Below are positions 24,873 to 35,174 of a DNA stretch of 64,000 nt, piece by piece (the stretch's first letter is position 1; the number at the start of each line of letters is the position of its first letter). Location of the stretch: IMG/VR virus record IMGVR_UViG_3300028423_001161, positions 16,668-80,667 of that record. One strand, 5' to 3'. The translations under genes were made by a program, and so were the position numbers. The stretch is from a virus. A model generated the notes under the pieces. The model was not told the origin of the DNA. It saw only the letters and a program-made list of their open reading frames with translations, and ran no database searches.

Positions 24873-27359
24873 ATGATTATAAAGCCCGAAGAGCTACAAG
24901 ATGATTTTGTCGGCAGAGTATATGGCAACATACTAGATCAGTTTGTGAATCCCACTTACAATCTCAAGCTCTACATGCTGAAAGACCCTAATCGTCCAGC
25001 GGAAAGTGTGCAAGGCAATACCTCAGATGAACTGACCAGAGACCCCAGTGACACTGTGGTGTTGGCTCAAACAGGTGTCACAGGCACACAGATAGACAAT
25101 CTCATCATGAGGCACAAGATCAGTGCTTCGTCGGGCATCGTGACCACTGAGGTTGACTTTGCTATAACTCAGCCAGGTGCCGCAGATTTCCTTGATCAAA
25201 TACAGCTGGCTCGAGCATATCTGGGTATACCGCTCACAACCACTGTGCCGCTGTTTTTGGAAATTGTGTTCAAGGGTTATACAGCAGATACCATTGATGA
25301 TGAGAGCTCAGATCGCTTCGATGAAGATGCCGGCGGTGAACCAGTGACCATTGCAGGTCCGTTTCGCTACAAGCTCACACTGAGAAACATCTCAATGAGC
25401 ATTGACAACACCGGCAGTTTCTATGAACTCAGCACCATGATTGAGAACAATCTTGCATTCACAGACAGCAAGTTTAGACTGCCTCAGGACATTACTACCA
25501 CAGGAAGCACTATTTCTGAGCACGTGGAAAGTCTCAAAGAAGCACTCAACAAATATCACAGCGAAACAGCCACCAGTGAGATACCAGACGAGTTTGATTT
25601 TGATCTCAGCTATTTGGTTTCCGGAGAGACGCCCAGCGGGGCAGGCACTGCCGAAGACCCCAGACAAAGCAGTCAAAACATCATTGATGATGAGAGCTTG
25701 ATCACCAGCACAGATTTTGATGCAGACGACATAAACCGTGTGCTCAATGAAACATTTGAAATTGGCAGTGCTGTTGACAAACGCACAGAGCTACAGCAAA
25801 ACCCCACAGACGACACAGGCACTGTTACAGAGCAGGTGTTTGATGTTGACAGACTAGGTCTCACAGAGAAAACCAGCATCTATGATTTCTTCACTGTGTT
25901 GCTGAGCATGTGTCCAGAATACTACAGCAAAGTAACACGCAAAGCAGATATCACAGATCCAGATTCTGAGATCAGCAAAGATCAAGGCACAGTAACTTGG
26001 TTCCGCATCAACACTCGTGTAGAAACCATTGGCTATGACAAGACTCGCAAGGACTTTGCAAGGAGATACATCTATGTGCCCACGCTGTACAAAACAGCTC
26101 GCACAGATGTTGCCGTGGATGAAGACGAGCAGGATGTCAATGTTGAGGCTACGCGACGGAGACTCAGAGAAGTCATTGACAATGGAATGCTGTGGAAATC
26201 CTACAAGTACTTGTTCACTGGCGAAAACGATCAAATTCTCAACCTAGACATCAGATATGACAATGGCATTGCACTGTTGGCCGCACCCAAAGGCGGTACC
26301 ACAGGCGACATCAACATCACCAACAGTGCAGTCACAGCGCCCACTGTTGACGAGAGTCAGGATGTTACACCACAAGGACAAGAGAGAGATCTCTTTGATC
26401 GCGCACTGGATTCCATCAAAAAAGATCTATTTGCCAGCTTTATTGGCAGCAGTGGCCTGCTGAGACCTGATCTCTTGGACTCCTTGATTGGCAATCTCTC
26501 AGACTCCCTGGGACGCAGTGCCGACGAGATCAGCAATATCTTTGCAGACACCACAGGACAGTTGGCACAACAGTTTGCCAATGAGCTGGACAGTCAAACA
26601 CTCAATGAGATCACTGCAAACATCAACATCAACCCGACTCCTGCTCCGCCCAGTGAACCCACAGAAACAACCAACAACACAGACGGTGAAATCTACACGC
26701 CAGAGCTCAGTGGTTTTGCTTACAGTGCTGACATCATTGATCCTGCACAATACACTGTGGATTCTGAAACACTGTTGCAGAGAGGCTACATCACCTTTGA
26801 TGATTTTCAAGAAGCAGTGGAAGTCACACAGGCCACAAACAAAAGCGAAGACATACCCAATCCCACTGCGGGCGCTACCACTCGATCTTTGGATCCCAGC
26901 AACAGACTGTTTGGTTATTTGGTCAGCCAACATGCTGCTGATCAATTCCTGGTGTTGCTGAACATGAAGTTGCGTGGCGATCCTTGGTATCTAGGCGGCG
27001 ACGGCATTGACAGAAGCAACACAGAGAGAATCAATTTCAATGCAGATGAGAACACATTTTTTCTCACTGTGAAAGCCCCCATCAAATATGATCCTGATTG
27101 GACCGATGAAGACAGTGAGCTCAACAGTGGATTTTGGAAATATGATGGCATCAGTCGCACCTTCAGCGGATTATACACCATTGTTGGCTACACCACAGAG
27201 TTCTCGGGAGGACAATTCAGCATTGATGTAGAAGCAAGAAGAGAGCGTCTCAAGGTGGTCACAGCACAGGAACCCACTGAACAAGAATCCGATGAACCTT
27301 TGGTCACAGAAACCGGTCAGATAATTGGCGATGATGGTTTTGTTGCAGGCAGCATATAG
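24873..27359 (+). CDS. Baseplate hub protein (gp27/gpD-like)
   Basis: Lies between gp53 and gp5; C-terminal LRGDPWYL and SGLYTIVGYTTEFSGGQFSIDVEARR hub-type motifs. Confidence 0.6.
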   Translation: MIIKPEELQDDFVGRVYGNILDQFVNPTYNLKLYMLKDPNRPAESVQGNTSDELTRDPSDTVVLAQTGVTGTQIDNLIMRHKISASSGIVTTEVDFAITQPGAADFLDQIQLARAYLGIPLTTTVPLFLEIVFKGYTADTIDDESSDRFDEDAGGEPVTIAGPFRYKLTLRNISMSIDNTGSFYELSTMIENNLAFTDSKFRLPQDITTTGSTISEHVESLKEALNKYHSETATSEIPDEFDFDLSYLVSGETPSGAGTAEDPRQSSQNIIDDESLITSTDFDADDINRVLNETFEIGSAVDKRTELQQNPTDDTGTVTEQVFDVDRLGLTEKTSIYDFFTVLLSMCPEYYSKVTRKADITDPDSEISKDQGTVTWFRINTRVETIGYDKTRKDFARRYIYVPTLYKTARTDVAVDEDEQDVNVEATRRRLREVIDNGMLWKSYKYLFTGENDQILNLDIRYDNGIALLAAPKGGTTGDINITNSAVTAPTVDESQDVTPQGQERDLFDRALDSIKKDLFASFIGSSGLLRPDLLDSLIGNLSDSLGRSADEISNIFADTTGQLAQQFANELDSQTLNEITANININPTPAPPSEPTETTNNTDGEIYTPELSGFAYSADIIDPAQYTVDSETLLQRGYITFDDFQEAVEVTQATNKSEDIPNPTAGATTRSLDPSNRLFGYLVSQHAADQFLVLLNMKLRGDPWYLGGDGIDRSNTERINFNADENTFFLTVKAPIKYDPDWTDEDSELNSGFWKYDGISRTFSGLYTIVGYTTEFSGGQFSIDVEARRERLKVVTAQEPTEQESDEPLVTETGQIIGDDGFVAGSI

Positions 27360-27394
27360 ATAGTCTTTTAATATGACAAACACAGGAACTTTCT

Positions 27395-27402
27395 AATAAG
27401 TA
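27395..27402 (+). promoter_or_regulatory. Late promoter variant AATAAGTA
   Basis: Ends 6 nt before the gp5 ATG, the same spacing as at gp25. Confidence 0.45.
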
Positions 27403-27408
27403 CACACA

Positions 27409-30051
27409 ATGTCAACATATAACAACAATCGCAGAAGCAGATCCAACCCGGCACAGAAGCGCCGCATGGAAAACGCACCAAAATTGGGCATCTATGTGGG
27501 CAAAGTCACAAGCACCAAAGACCTCAGTCGCACAGGACGCATGCAGGTTTTTATTGCAAGTCTAGCCAAAGACCCCACAGGCACAGAAGGTTACTATGAT
27601 TGTGTGTGGACATCTCCGTTTGCTGGATCTACATCACCGTTGGCCATCGGCAATGACGTGGAAAACTTTGAACAGACCATCAAGAGCTATGGCATGTGGA
27701 TGGTGCCGCCTGACATTGATAATTTGGTGCTTGTGGCCTTTGGAGACGGACAAGGCAAATATCCTTTTGTGATCAGCTGTTTGTATCCTGATCGCCTCAC
27801 GCACATGGTGCCTGGCATGCCCTCAGGCAAAAGCTACAGTGACCCTGACATGCTGATGCCTGTGGCAGAAAAGAACAAACGCGACGAAAAAGCCACACAC
27901 AATGACGCTACTCGTCCCATACATGCCAACATAGCAGAGAACATAATTGCACAAGGCTTGATCAATGATCCACTGAGAGGTGCTGGCACCAGCGGTAGTA
28001 GAAGAGAGAGCCCCAGCGAAGTGTTTGGTGTGCTCACTCCTGGTCCCAGAGACCCAGACAACGTGGATCACAGATTGGGCGGGCACCAGTTTGTGATGGA
28101 TGACAATCTAAGCAGTCGACTTGTGCGCCTGAGAACAGCAGGCGGCAATCAGCTGTTAATGGATGACACCACTGGTGTGATCTACATGATCAACAAGAAA
28201 GGCACAGCATGGTTTGAAATGGGCACCAATGGTGACATACATGTGTACAGCGAAGGCAGCATAAACATGCGCTCCAAAGGCAACTTCAACCTGCGTGCTG
28301 ACAAGAATGTGAACATTGAGGCAGGACAGGATCTACACCTCAAAGCTGTGGGCGACAACATTGGCGATCAGTATTTGGGCATCCCAGCACTGGGCGCACT
28401 GGGCATCCCTCCGCTGGGCAACGGTGGCAATCTCAGACTGGAAGCAGGTGCAGACCTCACACAGTATGCAGGGCTCAACGCGCAGCTCACTGCTTCGGGC
28501 GGTGATGTAGATATCAGCGCAGGTAGCAGATTTGCAGCCACTGCGTCAGGCCCACTGGGCGTAGATCTGTTGGCTGCCACAGGCCCAGTGAAGATGCAAA
28601 GCACACTGCCCACAAGTATATTGAGTGGCGCAGGAGTCAACATAACATCTGCAGCACCCACCAGCGTAACAGCACCATTGGTGTTGCTTAACAGTGGCGG
28701 TCCACAAGCATTGCCTGCTGTGCCTGCTGTGCCTGCGCCACAGATTGGCACACAAAGAAAGAAAGATGCACCCAAAACGCCTCCTGTGTTTGATCGTGAA
28801 GCAGCAATCAAAGGTGAGGCCAGTGCACTCACAGCTGGTGAACGCACAGGTCAGCAGGACAACATAAAAACCATTGTGACCACCATGCCCACTGCTGAGC
28901 CCTATGCAGGGCATGCACAATTTGATCCCGTGGCAGCTACCGAAGGTGAACCTGCTCTCAGCGAACAGAATGTAAACAATTTGCCCGCCAGTGCCACAGA
29001 TCTGTCAGGCAAGCCAGTGGATGTAAACACGCCTGAGGGTTTTCAAGCAGGCAAAAATTTTGTAGACGATCTCGGCAACAATGTGCCAGGCTTGAATGAC
29101 ATCGGTGGTGCGGCTGGCGCAGTGGGTGACATTGCAGGCAATGCTTCAGCACAAGCACAGAATCTACTCAATGCCATACCACAGTTTGATTCCTTGAGCA
29201 ACATTGCCAACAACTTCAAGAGCGCCGCACAGCAAAAGCTCTTGGAGATCACAGGACTCAACAATCTTGTTGCTGGCATCAAGGCTGCAATACCTCCTAT
29301 ACGCTTTCCAACCAGCAATGCACTAGCACAAAAAGTCATTGGCATTGGCAAACAGCTGGGCGAGCTGGAAGCACAACTCAAGCAATTTGCCATAGATGCT
29401 GCAGGCTTGCCCATGGATTTACTAGACGATGCCATAGGAGGCATGCGCGACAAAATAGGCAGTGTGATTGATCAAGCAAGCAGTTTTGAGGATCTGCAGA
29501 ACAAACTAGGCGACCTAGGCATCGAAGCTATTCAAGATGGTGCCAGCACCATATTTCAAGATGAGTTTGGCAACAAACTGGTAGATGTCAGCAACGGCAT
29601 TGGTCCCATAGGCGAGACACTGGGAGTTGCTTCAGACTTCAATCAAACCTATGAGAATGTCAAAGGTTCAATCAATGTGCCACTCAGTGAAAACCAGACT
29701 CAAGCCATTGCCAGTTTTGCCAATGACATCGGTGAAGAAAACTTCCAGAACAGCGGTGTGCTACAAGCACTCAACGAAGGCGCATATTCTGAAATACCCA
29801 GGCTGATGCAGGGCTGGAGTCTGAGATCTCCTAGACCAGGAGAAAAGGCAGTATTCAGCGACGACATGAAATCCAGACGCGAATGGGAAGCAGAACTGTT
29901 TCAGGTGCCCGACGAGATGAAGGTTGATTACATTCAAACTGATATTTCGGGTGGCAGTTTGAGCTTTCGAGAGCAAGCACAGCAGCTATCAGCAGAACGA
30001 GAAGAGTTTATTGCTGGCAAACAGGGCAACACTGCCGGCACACAGGGCTAG
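27409..30051 (+). CDS. gp5: Baseplate central spike (gp5/Vgr-like) with C-terminal GH24 lysozyme-like domain
   Basis: OB-fold GIYVGKV..DLSRTGRMQV, SYGMWMVPPD, beta-helix repeats GHQFVMDD..RTAGGNQLLMDD, and C-terminal VPLSENQTQAIASFANDIG..RREWEAELF. Confidence 0.85.
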   Translation: MSTYNNNRRSRSNPAQKRRMENAPKLGIYVGKVTSTKDLSRTGRMQVFIASLAKDPTGTEGYYDCVWTSPFAGSTSPLAIGNDVENFEQTIKSYGMWMVPPDIDNLVLVAFGDGQGKYPFVISCLYPDRLTHMVPGMPSGKSYSDPDMLMPVAEKNKRDEKATHNDATRPIHANIAENIIAQGLINDPLRGAGTSGSRRESPSEVFGVLTPGPRDPDNVDHRLGGHQFVMDDNLSSRLVRLRTAGGNQLLMDDTTGVIYMINKKGTAWFEMGTNGDIHVYSEGSINMRSKGNFNLRADKNVNIEAGQDLHLKAVGDNIGDQYLGIPALGALGIPPLGNGGNLRLEAGADLTQYAGLNAQLTASGGDVDISAGSRFAATASGPLGVDLLAATGPVKMQSTLPTSILSGAGVNITSAAPTSVTAPLVLLNSGGPQALPAVPAVPAPQIGTQRKKDAPKTPPVFDREAAIKGEASALTAGERTGQQDNIKTIVTTMPTAEPYAGHAQFDPVAATEGEPALSEQNVNNLPASATDLSGKPVDVNTPEGFQAGKNFVDDLGNNVPGLNDIGGAAGAVGDIAGNASAQAQNLLNAIPQFDSLSNIANNFKSAAQQKLLEITGLNNLVAGIKAAIPPIRFPTSNALAQKVIGIGKQLGELEAQLKQFAIDAAGLPMDLLDDAIGGMRDKIGSVIDQASSFEDLQNKLGDLGIEAIQDGASTIFQDEFGNKLVDVSNGIGPIGETLGVASDFNQTYENVKGSINVPLSENQTQAIASFANDIGEENFQNSGVLQALNEGAYSEIPRLMQGWSLRSPRPGEKAVFSDDMKSRREWEAELFQVPDEMKVDYIQTDISGGSLSFREQAQQLSAEREEFIAGKQGNTAGTQG

Positions 30052-30212
30052 ACAGTGTGTTTGTGCTCTAGTTGTTCCTTGAGTTCTACAATTCTCTGAT
30101 AGGCTGCATACTTTTCACTGACTTCCTCAGCAATCTGTTTTTTCAACAGCTCAACTGTGTGTTCCAGTTGTTTGATGCGAGCTTGATGGTCTGTGTCAGT
30201 GAAATAGTGCAT
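30048..30212 (-). CDS. Small coiled-coil hypothetical protein (54 aa)
   Basis: Hand translation: MHYFTDTDHQARIKQLEHTVELLKKQIAEEVSEKYAAYQRIVELKEQLEHKHTV*. It starts 2 nt after the previous stop, and its stop overlaps the gp5 stop in CTAG. Confidence 0.65.
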   Translation of the reverse strand: MHYFTDTDHQARIKQLEHTVELLKKQIAEEVSEKYAAYQRIVELKEQLEHKHTV

Positions 30213-30214
30213 GG

Positions 30215-30466
30215 TTATTGTGCGCTGACGATGTCTTCCATGTCATTGAACTCCTGTGGCGGCTCAGACTTGATGTTGTAGCGAAAGTTGCCACTGAGAT
30301 TGATAGTGTCAAAGGTGGAGTATCGTTTGGTTTTGCTGTCATACACACCCATGGTGATGTAGCGATTGCTGGTTTCAAAAATTTTAAAAAAGCGATGGCC
30401 TTCGTCTTTGTTGCGACGATCGGCTTTGCCCCAGATTTCATCAAAACGTCTGATTAAGTTGCGCAT
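30215..30466 (-). CDS. Hypothetical protein (83 aa)
   Basis: Fills the gap between gp5 and gp25; AAGG RBS-like sequence and GTAAATA upstream (30509-30515). Confidence 0.65.
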   Translation of the reverse strand: MRNLIRRFDEIWGKADRRNKDEGHRFFKIFETSNRYITMGVYDSKTKRYSTFDTINLSGNFRYNIKSEPPQEFNDMEDIVSAQ

Positions 30467-30584
30467 TTGTTATTTTGCCTTATGTGTATAAAAAACTATG
30501 ACAGAAAATATTTACTAAGTGCGTGATCAAACAGAGATTTTTTTGGGCAAGTTGCTCACTATTATCTACGCAGTTATCTGCTTA

Positions 30585-30592
30585 GATAAATA
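30585..30592 (+). promoter_or_regulatory. Late promoter GATAAATA
   Basis: Exact motif 6 nt before the gp25 ATG. Confidence 0.75.
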
Positions 30593-30598
30593 ACAATT

Positions 30599-30973
30599 AT
30601 GGCATCATTCAAAGGATTTAGCACAGTCGATCAGGTACGAGCACCTTACACTCTCACTGATGCTGAGCTGGTGAAACGCGACCTGCTCAACGAATTGTAC
30701 ACTCGCAAAGGCGAGCGTGTGATGAGACCCAACTTTGGCAGCATTGTGTGGGATCTGCTCATGGATCCTAGCACTGCTCAACTCGACGAAGCAATCAAAG
30801 ACGACATCAACACCATAGTCAAACGCGATCCCAGGATCACACTGCTTGACACACGGATTTTGGTGTTGGACCATGCAATCAGAGCAGAAATAGATCTGAG
30901 ATTTGTGCCCACAGATACCGTAGACACGCTGTATCTGGAATACCAACGAGATATCACAGAAGGTACTGACTGA
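30599..30973 (+). CDS. gp25: Baseplate wedge subunit (gp25-like)
   Basis: TRKGERVMRPNFGSIVWDLLMDP, DPRI. Confidence 0.92.
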   Translation: MASFKGFSTVDQVRAPYTLTDAELVKRDLLNELYTRKGERVMRPNFGSIVWDLLMDPSTAQLDEAIKDDINTIVKRDPRITLLDTRILVLDHAIRAEIDLRFVPTDTVDTLYLEYQRDITEGTD

Positions 30974-33900
30974 TGACAGTGAGAAGACAACAGGCCCTGT
31001 TTGCGGCAGAAGACTGGAAGATTGCCTATAAGGCATATAGTCAAATTGATTTTCAAGCCTATGACTTTGACAGCATACGCAGTGCGATGGTTGAATACAT
31101 TCGCACCAATTTTCCAGAAAACTTCAACGATTATGTGGAAAGTTCAGAATTTATTGCCATCATTGAAATGCTGGCTTATCTATCACAGAGCTTGGCATTT
31201 AGAATGGATGTCAACACACGCGAAAACTTTCTAGAAACTGCAGAAAGTCGCGAGAGTGTGTTCAACCTAGCACGCATGCTGGGCTACAACGCCAAGAGAA
31301 ATATTCCTGCAAGCGGTTTGATGAAGATAGTCAGTGTGAAGACCACAGAGCCTATTCAAGACAGCTTGGGCAACGATCTCAACAACCGCACAGTGTTCTG
31401 GAACGATGCCAACAACTCTCAGAGCTATGAACAATTTTTGCTGATCATGAATGCCGCAATGAGCAAGACAAACCGATTTACTTCGCCAATCAAACAGGGC
31501 ACAGTGGGCGGCGTGCGCACAGAACTCTATCAGTTCAACACACCTGCTAACTCGCCTATTACTTTCAACTTTGATCTCAGAATCAACGGTGTTAACAGAA
31601 ACTTCAATGTGGTCAATCCAGACTTTGAAGACAACAGCAACTTTTTAGAGAGACATCCAGATCCCACAAACCTCTTCAACATGATCTATCGCAATGATGG
31701 CAAGGGTGTTGACAGCATTGACACAGGCTTCTTTGTGTTTGTGAGGCAGGGCACACTGAACTTTGTGGATTTCAACTATACTACGCCGCTGGAAAATCGT
31801 CTCGAAGATATTGCTGTGCAAAACATCAATGAAAACGATGTGTATCTACAGGAAATCACTGGCAGTGGATTGGTGTTGAACAAGTGGGAAAAAATATCAA
31901 ATATCGTGGGCCAGACACTGAACTACAACAGCAAAGAACTAGACAACAGAAATCTCTATGCCATTGAAAATAGAGGCACAGACGGTATTCGACTGAGATT
32001 TGCAGATGGCAACTTTGGCAATGTGCCCACTGGCATCTATCGTTTTTGGCATCGCATCAGTGATCCTAGCCGCTATGTGGTACAGCCCGAAAATGCACGC
32101 AACATCTCAGTGAGCATACCCTATGAAGACCTAGAGGGCAGACCACAGAGTCTCACAGTGACATTCTCGTTGCAGAGGGCCATCGGCAACAGTTTGCCAG
32201 CAGAGAGCATCAATGCAATCAAACAGCGTGCCCCACAGGTCTACTACACACAAAACCGCATGGTGAATGCACAGGACTACAATGTCTTTCCAGAGTCACA
32301 GAGTGACAACATCACCAAAATACGTGCTATCAATCGAACACATGCTGGCCACAGTCGTTACATTGAAAGCAATGATCCCACCGGCACTTTCTACAATGTG
32401 GATACGTTTGCAGACGACGCTTATCTGTATCTCGAAGATTCCAAAATCACACAGTCAGTGATTATTGACAACACCACTACACCCACAGAAGTGGTCACTG
32501 GTGTCTTGCCAAACCTGCTCAAAGAACTGTCTGTGAACAACTTTGTATATCAGAGCATGAGAGATGCATGGACCAACATCGATCCTGACATTTTCCGCTT
32601 TCGCATTGAGGACAATGTGGTGTGGAATCCCCAGCCGGCTGCCAGTTCCGGCAAAACAGGATTTCTCACAGAAACATTCTCAGGAGCCGGAGAGATCAAT
32701 GTGCTCACCAATCAAAGCACTCTCAGCAATGGTCAGCGTTTCATGGAAACACGTTTTCTCAAAGACAATGCGTTTTTGAAATTCGTTGACCCAGACAACC
32801 CCACAGACTACAAGTGGAGCCGTATCACTGAAGTTCTCAACAATGGACGACTCAGTGCTGGCCTAGTCACCAGCAGAGGACCCTGGACGCTCAGTGAAGA
32901 AGTTCCTGCCAGCTGGCAACTGATAGACACCATTGTGACTCTGAGAAAATTGTTCACCAATGCTGAAGCACAGGCCATTGAAGATGCTATTCGCGAAAGA
33001 AGAACCTTTGGCATAGGCTATGATCTCAGCTCAGATACCTGGTATGTGATACCAGGCACAGATATCAACACTGCAGACCGCACAGGAAATTTTGCCATCA
33101 CAGATGTAAATGTGCGCACAGGCAGCAGCTGGCTGTTGTTGATGGAGTATGTGGAACAGTCAATGGCTGACAGTGCCAATTACATGTACAACCTCACAAT
33201 GAGAGGTGAAAATTATGTGGTGCAGAGCAGAGACGATCTCAAATTCTACAATGTCAAGGATATCAAGGTGCTGGATCGCACAGGCCAGAGCAGCCAAGAC
33301 ACCATCACATTCACCACAGTAAACACCCGCCCTGGAGATGCCGAAACCTTTGAATGGATCGGCAGTGCCTGGCGCAACCAAGAGTTGCTCACTGAACATC
33401 CCACCAGAGGACTGCGTGTAGACCTACCACTGAAAACCCGCGATACCAGCTGGCAGGACATTGAAACCAAGTGGCAGAGCAATTTCGGCATTATCAAGAA
33501 CAAAGGCACATTGGAAACCACTCTCACTGATCCTATTCAGCTGGTCAATGAATCCACTGTGCCTCTGAACACCTATCATCCTGTGGGTGCATTCAGCTCA
33601 GACAGCAACGTGGTTGTGGCCAACAATGTGGGCCGCATACAAACATTGCCCAGTGCGATCAATGTTACATTTACTGCTAACACTTTTGGTGATACCAGTG
33701 TCATAGGCACCTACAACGGTCAACGCGGTATACTCTATAAGCAAAACAGCTTGAATTCCAACAGCGAAGAAATATTCTTTGCACCTGCAGACGGTGGTCC
33801 AGCAATTTCTCTGGGCAGTGAACCGGATCCGGGCACAGTGAATCTGGGTACATCGCCTGACGCCAACAATGTTGGGCAGATCACAGTGGTCACAGACAAC

Positions 33901-35160
33901 GAAGACGGCACTGGCGTGTTCACCTATGGCAGAATTCAAGACCAGAATCTCTTGAATCTAGACAGCGGCAGCAGAGACAAGTTGGTTGTGGAGTATGTAA
34001 CCAATCGCCAACAGCTGGAAGACCCAATCAAGTGGGAGATCTCAGATGTATATCGTGAGCCAGACGGATACACTGACCCCAGAAAGGTCCGTGTGTCTCC
34101 CTTGGACAGCGACGGTGACTTGGTGCCTGATAGACCTAGACAGTTCACAGAGTTTGTGGACAGTACCAATTTGGTGTTGTTTGAAACGTTTCAAGACATT
34201 GACGGTTTCGCCAGCGATCGTCCTGTTAGCGGCGTAATAGTTGATTGGCGCAACGAAGATGAGATCTCAGTGACTTCTGAGACAATCACCGCAGGCGCAA
34301 CCAGCATCACACGCTCACTGTCTGGCATCGACTGGCTGTTGTTGAAAAACCGCCAACTGGCATCTCAGCTAGAAGATCGTGTGCGTGCTCGTGGCATGGT
34401 AATTTATGCTGAGGAAGAAGACACAGTGTATGAACTAACACCAAGCAGCACACAGCCCAACACAGATATCAAACTGGTTGAAACCGATGAGTACTATGTG
34501 CGTCCGGGTCGGGGCGCCACGCAAAACACAGAGAATTTAGATCCACAGCCTGGTGTGATACGCTGGGAGCATGTGGCACCCAATGATGTGAGAATCGATC
34601 CCAGCATCTCTAATATTGTAGAGATGATTGTGCTCACCACCAGCTACTATGATCGGGTGAGACGCTGGCAGGCCAGACCTGTTGATGAGTTTCCTTTGGA
34701 ACCCACCAGCGATCAACTCAGCGTGGAGTTTGAGAACCTCAACGAGTTCAAGAGCGCCAGTGATGTGCTGGCATTTCGCAGTGCACAATATCGTCTGCTG
34801 TTTGGGCCGCAGGCTGATCCAGAGTATCAGGCCAGATTCCGAGTGGTCAAACTCAGTGACCAGTTCAGCGACAATGAACTAAAAACCAGAATTATCTCTA
34901 CCATAAATGAATACTTTGATGTGGACAACTGGGATTTTGGCGAAACATTCTATTTCACAGAACTCAGCACCTATATTCATCAGAGATTGGGCAGTGCTAT
35001 TGGCAGCATTGTGATACTGCCCAAGCGAACCACAGGCAGATTGGGTGAACTGTTTCAGGTACAGAGTGATCCCAATGAGCTGTTTATCAGCACAGCCACA
35101 GTAAATGACATTGAGATTGTAAGCAGACTAGACAATCAAACACTCAGAGTTGATAGGTAA
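30973..35160 (+). CDS. gp6: Baseplate wedge subunit (gp6-like, extended)
   Basis: DFDSIRSAMVEYIR..FNDYVESSE..IEMLAY, FLETAESRESVFNLARMLGY, FADGNFG, ESINAIKQRAP..TQNRMVNAQDY. Confidence 0.9.
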   Translation: MTVRRQQALFAAEDWKIAYKAYSQIDFQAYDFDSIRSAMVEYIRTNFPENFNDYVESSEFIAIIEMLAYLSQSLAFRMDVNTRENFLETAESRESVFNLARMLGYNAKRNIPASGLMKIVSVKTTEPIQDSLGNDLNNRTVFWNDANNSQSYEQFLLIMNAAMSKTNRFTSPIKQGTVGGVRTELYQFNTPANSPITFNFDLRINGVNRNFNVVNPDFEDNSNFLERHPDPTNLFNMIYRNDGKGVDSIDTGFFVFVRQGTLNFVDFNYTTPLENRLEDIAVQNINENDVYLQEITGSGLVLNKWEKISNIVGQTLNYNSKELDNRNLYAIENRGTDGIRLRFADGNFGNVPTGIYRFWHRISDPSRYVVQPENARNISVSIPYEDLEGRPQSLTVTFSLQRAIGNSLPAESINAIKQRAPQVYYTQNRMVNAQDYNVFPESQSDNITKIRAINRTHAGHSRYIESNDPTGTFYNVDTFADDAYLYLEDSKITQSVIIDNTTTPTEVVTGVLPNLLKELSVNNFVYQSMRDAWTNIDPDIFRFRIEDNVVWNPQPAASSGKTGFLTETFSGAGEINVLTNQSTLSNGQRFMETRFLKDNAFLKFVDPDNPTDYKWSRITEVLNNGRLSAGLVTSRGPWTLSEEVPASWQLIDTIVTLRKLFTNAEAQAIEDAIRERRTFGIGYDLSSDTWYVIPGTDINTADRTGNFAITDVNVRTGSSWLLLMEYVEQSMADSANYMYNLTMRGENYVVQSRDDLKFYNVKDIKVLDRTGQSSQDTITFTTVNTRPGDAETFEWIGSAWRNQELLTEHPTRGLRVDLPLKTRDTSWQDIETKWQSNFGIIKNKGTLETTLTDPIQLVNESTVPLNTYHPVGAFSSDSNVVVANNVGRIQTLPSAINVTFTANTFGDTSVIGTYNGQRGILYKQNSLNSNSEEIFFAPADGGPAISLGSEPDPGTVNLGTSPDANNVGQITVVTDNEDGTGVFTYGRIQDQNLLNLDSGSRDKLVVEYVTNRQQLEDPIKWEISDVYREPDGYTDPRKVRVSPLDSDGDLVPDRPRQFTEFVDSTNLVLFETFQDIDGFASDRPVSGVIVDWRNEDEISVTSETITAGATSITRSLSGIDWLLLKNRQLASQLEDRVRARGMVIYAEEEDTVYELTPSSTQPNTDIKLVETDEYYVRPGRGATQNTENLDPQPGVIRWEHVAPNDVRIDPSISNIVEMIVLTTSYYDRVRRWQARPVDEFPLEPTSDQLSVEFENLNEFKSASDVLAFRSAQYRLLFGPQADPEYQARFRVVKLSDQFSDNELKTRIISTINEYFDVDNWDFGETFYFTELSTYIHQRLGSAIGSIVILPKRTTGRLGELFQVQSDPNELFISTATVNDIEIVSRLDNQTLRVDR

Positions 35161-35174
35161 AAGGCAACCAACAC

